A program made the translations under genes and the position numbers. The notes under the pieces are model-generated. The model made no database searches and had not been told where the DNA came from. It was given only the letters and a program-made list of their open reading frames with translations. Below, in pieces: positions 26,991-40,419 of a stretch of DNA of 64,000 bases (position 1 is its first letter; each line of letters opens with the position of its first letter). Source of the DNA: Octopus vulgaris (Eukaryota); NCBI GenBank assembly GCA_951406725.2, contig OX597840.1, positions 7,626,001 through 7,690,000 on the forward strand. Reading direction: 5' to 3'.

Positions 26991-28003
26991 TCACAAGTAG
27001 GGTTTGTGTCACATTGAAAATCTCTTTCTCAGCATGATCACAATAAGTGGCTTCCACTCTCTGCATAGATGTGTGTACGTTGCATCTGTGTGCCTGGGCG
27101 TGATTGTATTTCCATGGCCTTGCATGTTCTTGTCTTCACTTGTGTCTGTTGATTGTAAACCGTGACTCCTCTGGGAGGGTTACTTGCTTGCAGTCCTCTG
27201 TGAAAGCAATGTCCAGGCTTCTTGACACGTATGGTGTTTGTAAATAATGTTTGTTTGTCGTAGACTCGGTTGGCAAGAGGAAAGGCATCTGGCAATGGAA
27301 AACTCTTCCTCAGCGTCCTCTCATCTGACTGATGCGAGTGTGTATATATGAGGAGGTGTTTATGAATGCTTGTGTGTGTGAGAATGTGTTCATATCATCA
27401 TCATCATCGTTTAACGTCCGTTTTCCATGCTAGCATGGGTTGGACGGTTCAACTGGGGTCTGGGAAGCCAGAAGGCTGCACTAGGCTCCAGTCTGATCTG
27501 GCAGTGTTTCTACAGCTGGATGCCCTTCCTAATGCCAACCACTCCATGAGTGTAGTGGGTGCTTTTTACGTGCCACCGGCACAGGTGCCAGATGAGGCTG
27601 GCAATATATATATATATATATATAAATACATCATCATCATCATCATCATTAGTCAAATCTAGGCGAGGCTGGCAACGAACACGAAACGGGGCGGTGCTGG
27701 CAACGGTCGCGAAACGGAAGGTTCTCTTACATGCCACCGGCACTGGTAACACATCTGCAATTTCCATTGATCGATTTCGATTAAACATATTCTCACACAC
27801 ACAGGCATATATTCTTTTACCTGTTTCAGTCATTTGATTGTAGCCATGCTGGAGCACGCCTAATGATATATATGTACACACATTGAGACTTATTCTTTGT
27901 AAGTCTAGTACTTATTCTATTGATCACTCTTGCTGAACTGCTACGTTATGGGAACATAAATACACCAGCATCAGTTGTCAAGTGATGGTGGGGGGACAGA
28001 CAG

Positions 28004-28034
<31 letters not shown>

Positions 28035-28189
28035 CATACCAAATCCACTTGCAAGGCTTTGGTCAGTCCAAAGCTATAGTAGAAGACACTTGCTCAAGGT
28101 GACATGCAGTGGGACTGAACCTGGAACCATGTGGCCGAGAAACAAGCTTCTTACATCACAGCCATGCCTGCGCCTAATGATATATATGT

Positions 28190-28570
28190 ACACACATTTT
28201 TTTCTCTCCTTGTTTCTTTTCTGTGTCCCTTTCTGTAGAAGAGCGTAGGCTCGAAACATAAAAGACTTTTTCTATTTCTATTCCTGAGCGCTATACTAAT
28301 ACATTTGTTTGTTTGTACTCCACCTGCCTTCGTCTTTTGTTTATTTTCGTAAACCTTCCCGTTATATATATGATAGATTGTTAGCCACTACACACATTTT
28401 TTTCTCTCCTTGTTTCTCTCCTTGTTTTTTCTGTGTCCCCTTCTGTAGAAGAGCGTAGGCTCGAAACATAAAAGACTTTTTCTATTCCTGAGCGTTTTAC
28501 TAATACATCTGCTTGTTTTGTACACCACCTGTCTTCGTCTTTTGTTTTTTTCGTAAACCCTCCCTATATA
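28190..28570 (+). mobile_element. Tandem dimer of a Penelope-like pLTR repeat with minimal hammerhead-like motifs
   Basis: Two units 210 bp apart, each with CTTT-CTGTAGA-A-GAGCGTAGGCTC-GAAA-CATA-AAAG. Further copies at 43640-43810(-) and 55120-55512. Confidence 0.65.
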
Positions 28571-29601
28571 TATATATATATATATAATGTTTATGAGGGG
28601 GGTGTTGATAAGTTTGTGTAGGCATGTGTACATGTTTGTTCAGATGTATGTGTATATGGATTGGTGTTAACAGCTGTTTGTATATAGATGGGTGTTTGCA
28701 AGTATTTGTGTGGGTGCATGTGTATACACACCCATATAAGCACTCAAAAACGCCCACTCACTCTGAGTGGATGTTTATGAGTGCTTGTATGGGTGGATGC
28801 TTACTAACATTTATGTGGGTATACATCTTCCATATATATCTTTCACTTTGGAGTGTGGCCATGCTGGAGCACCACCATGCCGTGTTTAGTCAAACAGTGA
28901 CCCCAGGACTTATTTTTCAACCTGTTGTTCTATCAGTCTATTTTTGCCCGTCCATTAACATACTGGGACATAAACAAACCATCAGATGTCAAGTGGTGGT
29001 GGAGGACAAACATAAACTCAGACACACACACACACACACATATGTACAGACGACAGGCTTCTTTCAGTTTCTGTCTAGCAAATCCACTTTGGTCATTTCA
29101 GATCTATAGTGGAGAACACTTTCCCCAGGTACCACACTGTGGGACTGACCCCAAGACTACGTAGCTGGGAAACAGCTTTGTATATATTTGGTAGACAGAA
29201 ACTGAAAGAAGCCCATCGTATATTTATGTGCATGTTTATCAGCCATCGCTTGACAACCGATGCTGGTGCATTTACGTCACCATAACTTAGTGGTTCGGCA
29301 AGAGACCGACAAAATAAGTACTAAGCTTACAAAGAATAAATTCTGGAGTCAATTTGTTTCCGCCTACCAAATCCACTCACAAGGCTTTGGTCAGACTGGG
29401 GCGATAGTAGAAGACACTTACCCATGGTGCCATGCAGTGGGACTGAACCTGAAGCCATGTGATTGGCAAGCTATGCCTGCACTTGTATGTATGTATATGC
29501 ATATGTATATATGTACATATGTATATATGTACATATGTATATATGTACATATATGTGTATCTATATATATGTATATACATATATATCTATATGTGTGTAT
29601 A

Positions 29602-30206
29602 CAGGGTGTGTAAGATATTTGAGGACAGATTTATGTTTTTTTTATTTGAAAGAAACCAAATCAAATCTTATGTTGGATTTTTCAGTTTGTTTAAGAGCCT
29701 TTCAGATCTGATGTAGTGATTTTCTTTTTGCTTTTTCTGACAAATTGATTTTTCATCATCATACAAGTCTTATATCTGATATCTTCGTTGACAACATTTC
29801 TGACTATTCCTTCTGACAGATGGAGATCTTCTGCAATTGACCTCATGGGCTTTCTGGAATTGTAATCAATTGTCTGTTGAACTTGCTGGATAAATTCATA
29901 TGTTCTGATGATTTCAGAGCATTTACAATGCTTTTTATGCTTTCATACTGGTGATACATTTCCATCTCCAGTCTCTGACTCCTTACAAACTTTGGAGATG
30001 AAAGATCTGGCAACTTTTAAAATTCGTGATATTTCTAAATCGCCTATGCTCAGCCCTTATAACCACAATAACAGCATGCCTCTTCATTTCTTGAGTAAGC
30101 TGAGGGTCTGCCTTTATTATTTTCTGAAGCAAAGATTATACAGAGTTAGCAAAAAATGCAGCAATGACCCCAAAATGGTATGTCCTTAAATACCTTACAC
30201 ACCCTG
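29602..30206 (-). mobile_element. Internally deleted Tc1/mariner-superfamily transposon
   Basis: TA|CAGGGTGTGTAAGATATTTGAGGACA ... TGTCCTTAAATACCTTACACACCCTG|TA (26-bp imperfect TIRs, TA TSD). The minus strand holds a frameshifted transposase N-terminus (QEMKRHAVIV...RKPMRSIAEDLHLSEGIVRNVVNEDIRYK). Confidence 0.88.
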
Positions 30207-30961
30207 TACATCTATCTATGTATGTATGTCTATATGTGTGTGTATGTATGTATGTATGTCTATATATGTATGTGTCTGTGTGCATGTATTTATGTATGTA
30301 TGTGTGTGCCGATATATATATGTTCGTATTTCGTCTGCGGTTACATTCTGAGTTCAAAATCCGCCGAGGTCGACTTTGCCTTTCATCCCTTCAGGGTCAA
30401 TAAGTTAAGTACCAGTTACGCACTGGGGTTGATATAATCGACTTAATCCGTTTGTCTGTCCTTGTTTGTCCCCTCTGTGTTTAGCCCCTTGTGGGCAGTA
30501 AAAAAAAATATATATATATAGCGGTGGTGCCCCAGCATGGCCGCGGCCTTCGGGCTAAAACATTTTTAAGGATTTTAAGGATTAATATGTGTGTGTGTGT
30601 ATGAATGTATATTTATATACATACATATATCGAGAGATTTTAGAACTAGCATTTATGCTTGTTGCAAAATCAACGACTGTGTGTTCACTTAAAATGTATA
30701 TATTGCGTGCAGAAGCGAGCTGCTATCATCTCTAGCAGATGAGGTGTCCAGTACCGAGGAGTGGCTGAAATATCCGGAAGCCATGACTGGTCTACTGGTT
30801 CCGTCGCCTGGAGATGGTAGGGGTTCGTTCCCATGCTTGCAATTTTATTGGCTACAGCTGTGCATGGTTAACCAGCTAGAGATGTCCTCTTGAGGTTATA
30901 AAACCGCATTAGAGTCCGCTGGAACAGACAGCCATGTTAAAGTGGCTACGAATATTATATA

Positions 30962-31360
30962 CTAGCAGTATCGCCTGGCGTTGCTCGGGTTTGTTTCGAC
31001 CTTTTAGAATTGGAATTTTTGAAAAGTAAAAATTTTGCATTATGTAGCTTGTTATACTCTTTAAGTTAACATTTTTCTGGTTGAAATACACCGAAAAATG
31101 GCGACACAGCAATAAGAAAAAATCGTAAAAAATAGGGATTTTCATAGAAAAAAGCACCTTTTTGATGTAAATAATTTTTGGTGTTAACATGGTCCGATTT
31201 GAATTTTTTCTTCTACAGAAGGAAGAGCAAGCCTTCTTCTATCATACTCTCAATTTTGGTCAACTTGCGCCGCAGGGTCTCGGAGGAGATAGTGTTAGTT
31301 GAAGGCTGCCAAACCTGCCACACACACACACTCACAACTTCAACATTATATATATATATA
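30962..31360 (-). mobile_element. Non-autonomous Helitron-like element
   Basis: Minus strand ends CCCGAGCAACGCCAGGCGATACTGCTAG|T (subterminal GC hairpin plus CTAG); the other end lies in (TA)n. Confidence 0.7.
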
Positions 31361-31559
31361 TCACTATCAATCAAACTATCCTATGTTCTACACTGCTGAT
31401 CACAATGTGCTCCCACATATTGTAGCTTTCAAATGATGCTACCCCCACTGTTGGGGTAGGCAGACCAACCCTTCCCCTTTGAACAGAATACCAATCCCTT
31501 GCAAGCATTATCCATTTACATCTGTGTGGATTTGATCAACATGAAGTGAAGTATTTTGG

Positions 31560-31974
31560 GATCTTTTCGGTTTGACCGGCAGTTTTTTCTAGCGGTGTCA
31601 TATGAAATTGTCACCCATAATTATGACCCTAGTATCGATCTATTGCATTTCAATCTGTTTTATGGTTAGGGTTGGTTAGGGGAAGGGTATCTTTTTTTCT
31701 TCACAAATGTAAATAAACCCAATCTATTTCTTAAACGAGGGACATAGTCACACGGCACAGAATGTTTTTTTATCTCAATAGATGTCAGTGATTGGTTGAA
31801 ATTGCAGAAATTGAAGAAAAAAACCCAACATATATCTTACAAACTATAGAATTTTCTCAATAAAGCTAAAAGAAAAAGATGTTTTATAAACACATTCTAC
31901 CAGTATACGAAGTTTAAAAGTGTTTAGTTACGTGGAAATTATTTTTAAAAACTGTCGTTCAAACCGAAAAGATC
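31560..31974. mobile_element. MITE with ~28-bp TIRs (superfamily uncertain)
   Basis: GATCTTTTCGGTTTGACCGGCAGTTTTT ... AAAAACTGTCGTTCAAACCGAAAAGATC; no clear TSD. Confidence 0.75.
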
Positions 31975-32347
31975 AAAAATTTTTTTTCAGATTTATATTA
32001 CACATATTTTCAAAGGGTGGTAGTCTCGTATTTTTTTTGGAAAAAAAGAAAAAGTAAATGAAAGAAATGCGTTTTTTGTTCAAAATAGTGAAAATTAAAG
32101 AATTACGGATAAGTAGTCGGACCAAAAAGTACTTTTATCTCATTTTTGTACTTTTTTTAAAGTACGCGTGGCATCTCGGTCAAGTGCATTCTACTAAAGC
32201 TCCAGGATGACCAAATGCCTTGCAATTGTAATTAGAGCAGTTCTCAACCATTTTTTGATTATGGGCCCCTTTGATCCCTATTTTAGTTTACTGGACCTCC
32301 ATTGTCATTCAGTGTGTGTATATAAACTTATTCTATTTTCATTATTT

Positions 32348-32735
32348 GGTGCAGGAGTGGCTGTGTGGTAAGTAGCTTGCTTACCAACCACATGGTTCCG
32401 AGTTCAGTCCCACTGCGTGGCACCTTGGGCAAGTGTCTTCTACTATAGCCTCCGCCCGACCAAAGCCTTGTGAGTGGATTTGGTAGATGGAAACTGAAAG
32501 AAGCCCGTTGTATATATGTATATATATATATATATGTGTGTGAGTTTGTTCCCCCAACATCGCTTGATAACTGATGCTGGTGTGTTTACGTCCCCGTCAC
32601 TTAGCGGTTCGGCAAAAGAGACCGATAGAATAAGTACTAGGCTTACAAAAAATAAATCCTGGGGGGTGTCGATTTGCTCGACTAAAGGCGGTGCTCCAGC
32701 ATGGCCACAATCTCATGACTGAAACAAGTAAAAGA
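32348..32735 (+). mobile_element. SINE family A, full length
   Basis: Matches 304-692. Confidence 0.85.
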
Positions 32736-33049
32736 GTATATATATCGTTTGTGACTCCACCACCACCAACATTATTATTATTATTATTATTATTTTATAT
32801 ATATATATATATAATGTATGTTGTGTGTGTGTGTGTTTGTCTCCCGCCACCGCTCGACACCGCTTGCATTTACGTCCCTGAAACATAGCGGTTCGGCAAA
32901 GTGGTCGATAGAACAGGTACCAGACATAAAAATTAGTACTGTTGTCGATTTGTTCGACTAACCCCCCACCTTTTTTTTTTAGGAGTACCCCAGCTTGGCC
33001 GCTGCCCAATGGCTGAAACAAGCAAATAATATATACGTCACACAAAATC

Positions 33050-33562
33050 CCGCCGAGGTCGACTTTGCCTTTCATCCTTTCGGGGTCGATTTGATAAGTA
33101 CCAGTTATGCACTGGGGTCGATATAATCGACTTAATCCGTGTGTCTGTGCTTGTTTGTTCCCTCTGTGTTTAGCCCCTTGTGGGTAGTAAAGAAACAGGT
33201 ATTTCGTCCGCCGTTACGTTCTGAGTTCAAATTCTGTCGAGGTCGACTTTGCCTTTCATCCTTTCGGGGTCGATTTGATAAGTACCAGTTATGCACTGGG
33301 GTCGATATAATCGACTTAATCCCTTTGTCTGTCCTTGTTTGTTCCCTCTGTGTTTAGCCCCTTGTGGGTAGTAAAGAAACAGGTATTTCGTCTGCTGTTA
33401 CGTTCTGAGTTCAAATTCCGCCGAGGTCGACTTTGCCTTTCATCCTTTCGGGGTCGATTAGATAAGTACCAGTTATGCACTGGGGTCGATGTAATCGACT
33501 TAATCCCTTTGTCTGTCCTTGTTTGTTCCCTCTGTGTTTAGCCCCTTGTGGGCAGTAAAGAA
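33050..33562 (+). mobile_element. SINE family B body, tandem trimer
   Basis: Three ~183-bp units joined at AAAGAAACAGGTATTTCGTC. Confidence 0.88.
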
Positions 33563-34084
33563 ATATATATATATATATATATATATATACGTCACACGTA
33601 CACACACGCACGCACACAGCATCCACGCCTACGTAAATGTATGCGTGTGTGCACACACCTGTCTAAATATGATTTATTATAACATGTTGGTCACACGTTT
33701 TTAGAACGGTTTTCCTGTGAGCAGAGGCGTTGGTCGTAGAAATGATGCGAGTCTAATAGCTCTTTGACCGCCGAAGGATGGCAAGCTGAGTAGGCTTGGG
33801 TAGAATTTGAACCCAGAACCTAACAGGAACATTAATTAATGTGTGTGTGTGTGTAAATGAAATAAGGCGACCGCTTAAATACACTTTTAGTTATTCGTCC
33901 GTCTCTGTCTCATGCCTTCCTTTGCACGTGTCGAGAACACACGAGCCTCTGCTACTACGTTGCCGTTTGACCTGGCTAGAAATAGCAGCCAAACCTAGTA
34001 TCGTAAGCAGGCAAGGACATGTGTAGTATAAGACCTAAATGCGCATTATGTATGTATGTATGTATGTATGTATGTATGTATGTA

Positions 34085-34117
<33 letters not shown>

Positions 34118-34265
34118 GGCGATGTATGAGGTCGACTTTGCCTTTCATCCTTTCGGGGTCGATTAAATAAGTACCAGTAACGCACTGGGGTCGATATAAT
34201 CGATTTAATCCGTCTGTCTGTCCTTGTTTGTCCCCTCTGTGTTTAACCCCTTGTGGGTAGTAAAG

Positions 34266-34306
<41 letters not shown>

Positions 34307-34308
<2 letters not shown>

Positions 34309-34453
34309 GGGGAATGCGGGTTTATAGGATTATCTTAGGTTTCCATAAAGGTCCACAAAGGGTTTAGCCTTATGGCATAGCGTCAGATCCCAAAAGCCTG
34401 TTGGCCCATGGCCCCTTAAAAATAAGGTAATCCGATAAACCGGTTTTCCCTAT
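34307..34453. mobile_element. Small MITE-like element with ~31-bp imperfect TIRs next to (TA)n
   Basis: ATGGGGAATGCGGGTTTATAGGATTATCTTA ... TAAGGTAATCCGATAAACCGGTTTTCCCTAT. Confidence 0.6.
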
Positions 34454-34521
34454 TTTTAATATATACTGCTTTATTTCTCAGAGTGTGCTTCGTTCCGATT
34501 TATATATATTTTTTGCAAACG

Positions 34522-34572
<51 letters not shown>

Positions 34573-35111
34573 CATGTCGATTCACCAGAGGCGATAAATT
34601 ACATGATTCAAAATCAAATGTAGAGTATTTTTTAAAGATACATTATAACTGCGAAAGGCACCGATTTTCAGTACTCATATTTTCATGTTTCAAAAAAATA
34701 TTCAGACAGATAATGGTCAGAAACGAATAACTCTGAATACTGGAAACCAGAACCTTACCGTTTATCATATATATATATGCGTTTATGAATTTGTGTTGCA
34801 AGATTCCTGATGTGAAGACGTGTGTTGAAACAGATACTGTATTTCGGGATGGTCATTTGGAAAAAAAAAAAATATTGCACCAGCATGACCACAGCCGTAG
34901 AAACGAGTTTAAGAGTATCCCGAAATACAACAACAATATAATATAATATATATATATATATATATGCAGCATGGAATTTTGTCAGTGAACAGGTCGCCGT
35001 CTCAAAAGCGACGAAAATATTTTGACAAATTAAATTTAAATGCTGAAGTGAATCATAACGGTTTATGTGTGTTTCTTAAATGGCTTATAAACACCTTCCA
35101 CGCTGCAATTG

Positions 35112-35162
<51 letters not shown>

Positions 35163-35199
35163 AACAAAGTGGAATTGTAAGGTACCGCTCGAGTGGAAT

Positions 35200-35272
35200 T
35201 ATATATGAAAGAAGGTTTGAAAATGCAATTTGACATCTTTTAAAATTGCATTTTCAAACCTTCTTTCATATA

Positions 35273-35274
<2 letters not shown>
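35200..35274. repeat. Perfect hairpin, ~32-bp arms
   Basis: TATATATGAAAGAAGGTTTGAAAATGCAATTT / AAATTGCATTTTCAAACCTTCTTTCATATATA. Confidence 0.92.
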
Positions 35275-35342
<68 letters not shown>

Positions 35343-35929
35343 TTTATATATACGTGGAGCTTTGTTGATTCATCACAAGCGATGAATTACAGTACTGTAT
35401 AGAGATGTAGAATATTCTTTAATACATTATACGGCACCGATTTTCGGTACTCGGAGTTTACTAATTTCTGTTCATCAGCTGGTAAACCGAGTCTGGTTTT
35501 CTTCACAAATATTCAGTCTGAATATATATATATATTTTTTTTTGGGGGGGAAATATTAAATGAAAGTGTGAAGAAAGCGTTTATATACACGATGTGATGG
35601 TCACTGTCGGAATTTTATTTTTTATTTTTATTGTCGAATCGCTCGATTTAAGCTAAACTGGGGCTTCACACCCTCGTCTCTGTGTAGGGGCGTATGTAAA
35701 TCCAAAGATGCTGTGTTCGATAAAGCAAAGAACGATGGGTGGAATTTGCAATAGAGAAACTACACAAAACATAAAAAATCAATCAATTAATCGATCTAGC
35801 AATCCATAAACTACTACCAATATTTATATAATTACTCCACGTAAAAGAGAGGAGAGAGAGAGAGAGATCGAAAGAGATGCAAGGTGGCTAGTTGAGTCCA
35901 CTGTAGTGAGTCGTAGCCATTTTCAGTCA

Positions 35930-36830
35930 ATTTGCATTACTAAGAACCTCACGACGTGGTCACTATGCTTGCTAGAAACAACAGCCAATTTGCCTTCAGG
36001 TCACAGATTTTATGTAATTAAAAAAAAAAACAAAAGCGAAACAGATGGATTGGTCATGGTTGAGATTCGTTTGATAATATGTCTGCTTAATAAGAGTACG
36101 TTTGCATTACTAAGAACCTCACGACGTGGTCACTATGCTTGCTAGAAACAACAGCCAAGTTGCCTTCAGATCACAGATTTCTATGTAATAAAAAAACAAA
36201 CAAAAGCGAGAAAGATGGATTGGTCATGGTTGGGATTCGTTTGATAATATGTCTGCTTAATAAGAGTACGTTTGCATTACTAAGAACCTCACGACGTGGT
36301 CACTATGCTTGCTAGAAACAACAGCCAAGTTGCCTTCAGATCACAGATTTTTATGTAATAAAAAAACAAACAAAAGCGAGAAAGATGGATTGGTCATGGT
36401 TGGAATTATTTTGATATGTCTGCTTAATAAGAGTAGTCCTGGGAGTAGCTTTTTTTTGTTTGCATTACTAAGAACCTCACGACGTGGTCACTATGCTTGC
36501 TAGAAACAACAGCCAATTTGTCTTCAGATCACAGATTTTTATGTTATAAAAACAAACAAACAAAAGCGAAAAAGATGGATTGGTCATGGTTGGAATTATT
36601 TTGATAATATGTCTGCTTAATAAGAGTAGTCCTGGGAGTAAGTTTTTTTTTTGCATTACTAAGAACCTCACGACGTGGTCACTATGCTTGCTAGAAACAA
36701 CAGCCAATTTGTCTTCAGATCACAGATTTTTATGTAATAAAAAACAAACAAAAACGAAAAAGATGGATTGGTCATGGTTGGGATTCGTTTGATAATATGT
36801 CTGCTTAATAAGAGTCGTCCTGGGAGTAGG
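35930..36830. repeat. Tandem repeat, 5 units of ~170-190 bp
   Basis: TTTGCATTACTAAGAACCTCACGACGTGG at ~35930, 36101, 36271, 36459 and 36650. Confidence 0.93.
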
Positions 36831-37181
36831 TTTTTTTGGGGGGTGGGGCAGTTTAATCTACAGGACTTTTAAATGCCCTTCAAAGAGGCGTGAATATTAT
36901 ATACCTAGTTTTTCTTCTTCTTTTTGCCTTTCGCCCGTGTAGGCGATTTTTCTTCCTTCGTTGTTAGAAGCGACTGACACGTTCTCACAGATAATCTACA
37001 CACCGTGTTTTGTTTGTATATGTTGCGTACGTATGTGTGTGCTGTATATATGTATGTGTATCTGTATGTGTGTGTGTGTACATGTTAATCTGCGTAGGTG
37101 TTTGAAGATACATCGAGAATCTGGCAACCGCTGCTATGCTTTTTACTTGATATATATATATATACATACATACACACATAC

Positions 37182-37248
<67 letters not shown>

Positions 37249-37514
37249 CACACACACATACATATATATATATACACATATATATACACATATATACATG
37301 TACACACGCATACATATATATATATATATACACACGCACACACAAAAATATATATACACGCATACACACATATATATATATACACATACATATATATATA
37401 TACACACACATACACACACACATATATATATACACACACACACACATACATACATATATATACACACACACATACATATATATGCACATACATATATATA
37501 TCTATATATACATA

Positions 37515-37546
<32 letters not shown>

Positions 37547-38151
37547 CACACATATATATATCTATATATACGCACACATATATACACACGTGTGTGTGTG
37601 TTTGGTTGCGTCCGTGTGTGAGTATATGCATCTATGTACGTGTGCTTAGATGTTTGTGCACACGCGTTGTATGTATCTGTCCGTGTGTTTATATGTGTGT
37701 ATGTACATCACTCAGTTTGCACTGTGGGACGTTCCGTCTATCAACTGTCGACGAGAGAGACATTAACAGTGAGATTAAAACCGAGTTTCATTGATGCTAA
37801 ACCAAGCACCGAAAGATTCGCAGGTCCTTTCCGGGCCTCTGTATTGTACGTAGCCCTTATAACGATTTCAAATTTTGGCACAAGGCCAATAATTTCAGGG
37901 GAGGGGATAAGTCGATTAGATGTGAGTAGCCACGTAGATTCCCTCAAAAAAAACCTCTCGGACACCTCACCCTCATGTCCGTGATCCTCTGAACTGCATG
38001 GTGATCTCAATAGAGCAGGTGACACGAAAAATCGCACCCAGTCCACACTATAAAGCGGTTGGTGTTAGGAAGGGCATCCAACCGTAGAAAGTACTGGAGC
38101 ACGACGCACCCCTTGGACACGTCGGATCCTGTCAATGCGTGCCAACAAGAA

Positions 38152-38760
38152 AGGCGGTGAGCTGGCAGAATCGTTAGCACGCCGGGCGAAATGCTTAGCG
38201 GTGTTTCGTCTGCCTCTACGTTCTGAGTTCGAATTCCGCCGAGGTCGACTTTGCCTTTCATCCTTTCGGGGTCGATAAATTAAGTACCAGTTATGCACTG
38301 GGATCGATGTAATCGACTTAATCCGTTTGTCTGTCCTTGTTTGTCCCCTCTATGTTTAGCCCCTTGTAGGTAGTAAAGAAATAGGTATTTCGTCTGTCTT
38401 TATGTTCTGAGTTCAAATTCTCCCGAGGCCGACTTTGCCTTTCATCCTTTCGGAATCGATTAAATAAGTACCAATTACGCACTGGGGTCGATATAATCGA
38501 CTTAATTCGTCTGTTTGTCTTTGTTTGTCCCTTCTGTGTGTAGCCCCTTGTGGGTAATAAAGAAATAAGAAACGTTAGCACGCCGGGCGAAATGCTTTGC
38601 GGTATTTCGTCTGCCGTTACGTTCTGAGTTCAAATTCCGCCGAGGTCGACTTAGTCTTTCATCCTTTCGGGGTTGATAAATTAAGTACCAGTTACACGCT
38701 GGGGTCGATCTAATCGACTGGTCCCCTCCATAAAAATTTTGGGCCTTGTGCTCAAAGTAG
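38152..38760 (+). mobile_element. SINE family B cluster (one full copy plus two tandem partial copies)
   Basis: AGGCGGTGAGCTGGCAGAATCGTTAGCACG head followed by repeated Meta-like bodies. Confidence 0.85.
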
Positions 38761-39600
38761 AAAAGAACACGTGTCAGCAAGAAACATAGACGTTAAATGA
38801 TGATAGATTTTATCATCTTGTCAGCTATCGGATTCTGGCCATGCTGGAGCATCACGAACGGTTTAGTCAAACATATCAACCCTTGTACTTATTTTAAAGT
38901 CTTTTTCTAAAGTCTAATGCATCGCTGTCCGACTCTATTATATATTCTGAGTTCGAATCCTGTCGAGGTCAGCTTTGCCCTCCATGCATTCGGAGGTCTA
39001 TAAACTACAGTACCAGTGAAATACTAGTGTCTACGGTGACGACTATTCTCCTCACTTCTGAAAACTGTTGGTCCTTTACTGAAATTAGAAACCACTTCGC
39101 GCGCGTGTCACACATACACGCCCGCCTGTTTGTAATGTGGGTAAGAAATATGCTTACTGTATACATGGTTCCGGGTTCAGTCCCACAGCATGGTAACTGG
39201 GACATGTCTTCTACAAAAGCGCCAAACTGACCAGAGCCTTGTAAGTGGATTTGGTAGATGGAAACTGAAAGAAGACCGTCGTATTTATGTAGGTATCTGT
39301 TTGGGTTTGTCCTCCACCACCGCTTAAAAATTAGCGTTAGTTTGTTTCTGTCCCCGTAACTTAGCGGTTCGGCTAAAGAACCCGATACAATAAGTACAAG
39401 ACTTAAACAAAAATAAATAAATAAACGTGTACTGGAGTCGAGTTGTTCGATTAAACACTTCAGTCCAGTGGCTGAAATGAATAAAATATTTTTGTTCTGA
39501 GTTCACGATTTGTTCGACTAAAAACCCTTCAAGACGGTGCCCCAGCACGGCCGCAGTCAAATGACTAAAACAGATAACAGAATATATATATCTATGTATG

Positions 39601-39664
<64 letters not shown>

Positions 39665-39916
39665 CATACATAGATATATACACGCACATGCATATAAGCT
39701 AGTTATCAAATCTAAATAAGAAAGCTTGCCTTATGTTTGTCTTCGTCATATATATATGTATGTATGTATGTATATGCATGTATGTATATCGGGGTATTTG
39801 TTTATTTGTTTGGCATATTTACCTCCACAATGAGTTTTTGTTTTTTATGGCCTGAACTATCGATAATGGACTGGAATTTTCGAGTGTGTGCGTGCGTAAA
39901 TATCTCTTCTATCTGC

Positions 39917-39948
<32 letters not shown>

Positions 39949-40304
39949 TAGAAGGTTTGGAGATGATGTACAGGTATTATATATTAGAAGAAATGAGGTA
40001 CTCAGAAATTCGGATTGTTTTATATTTACAGATATTTATTAGTACGTTAGATGTTTTTATAAATCATATATCATAGCTTTCGTCCACTCTAGTGTATATA
40101 TATATAAATATATATACACACACACACACACACAATATGTAGTGTGTATATATGCATATATATATATATATATATATAACCTAAATTTTATTAGCAATGC
40201 TTCCCCGAAATTCTTGAGTAAGGGGTTTGCAAAGGAGTTCAAATCAGTAGTAATCGTCGTTTTTGTTGTTCATCTTCCTCCAGATTCCAGAAGGACCTTT
40301 CTAC

Positions 40305-40419
<115 letters not shown>

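Noticed and set aside
36961-37794. 277-aa Y/I/H/T ORF and similar ORFs throughout
   Set aside because: (TA)n/(CA)n microsatellite artefacts.
40060-40095. Partial hammerhead 3' half on the minus strand (GGACGAAAGCTA)
   Set aside because: No CUGANGA half; too short to support.
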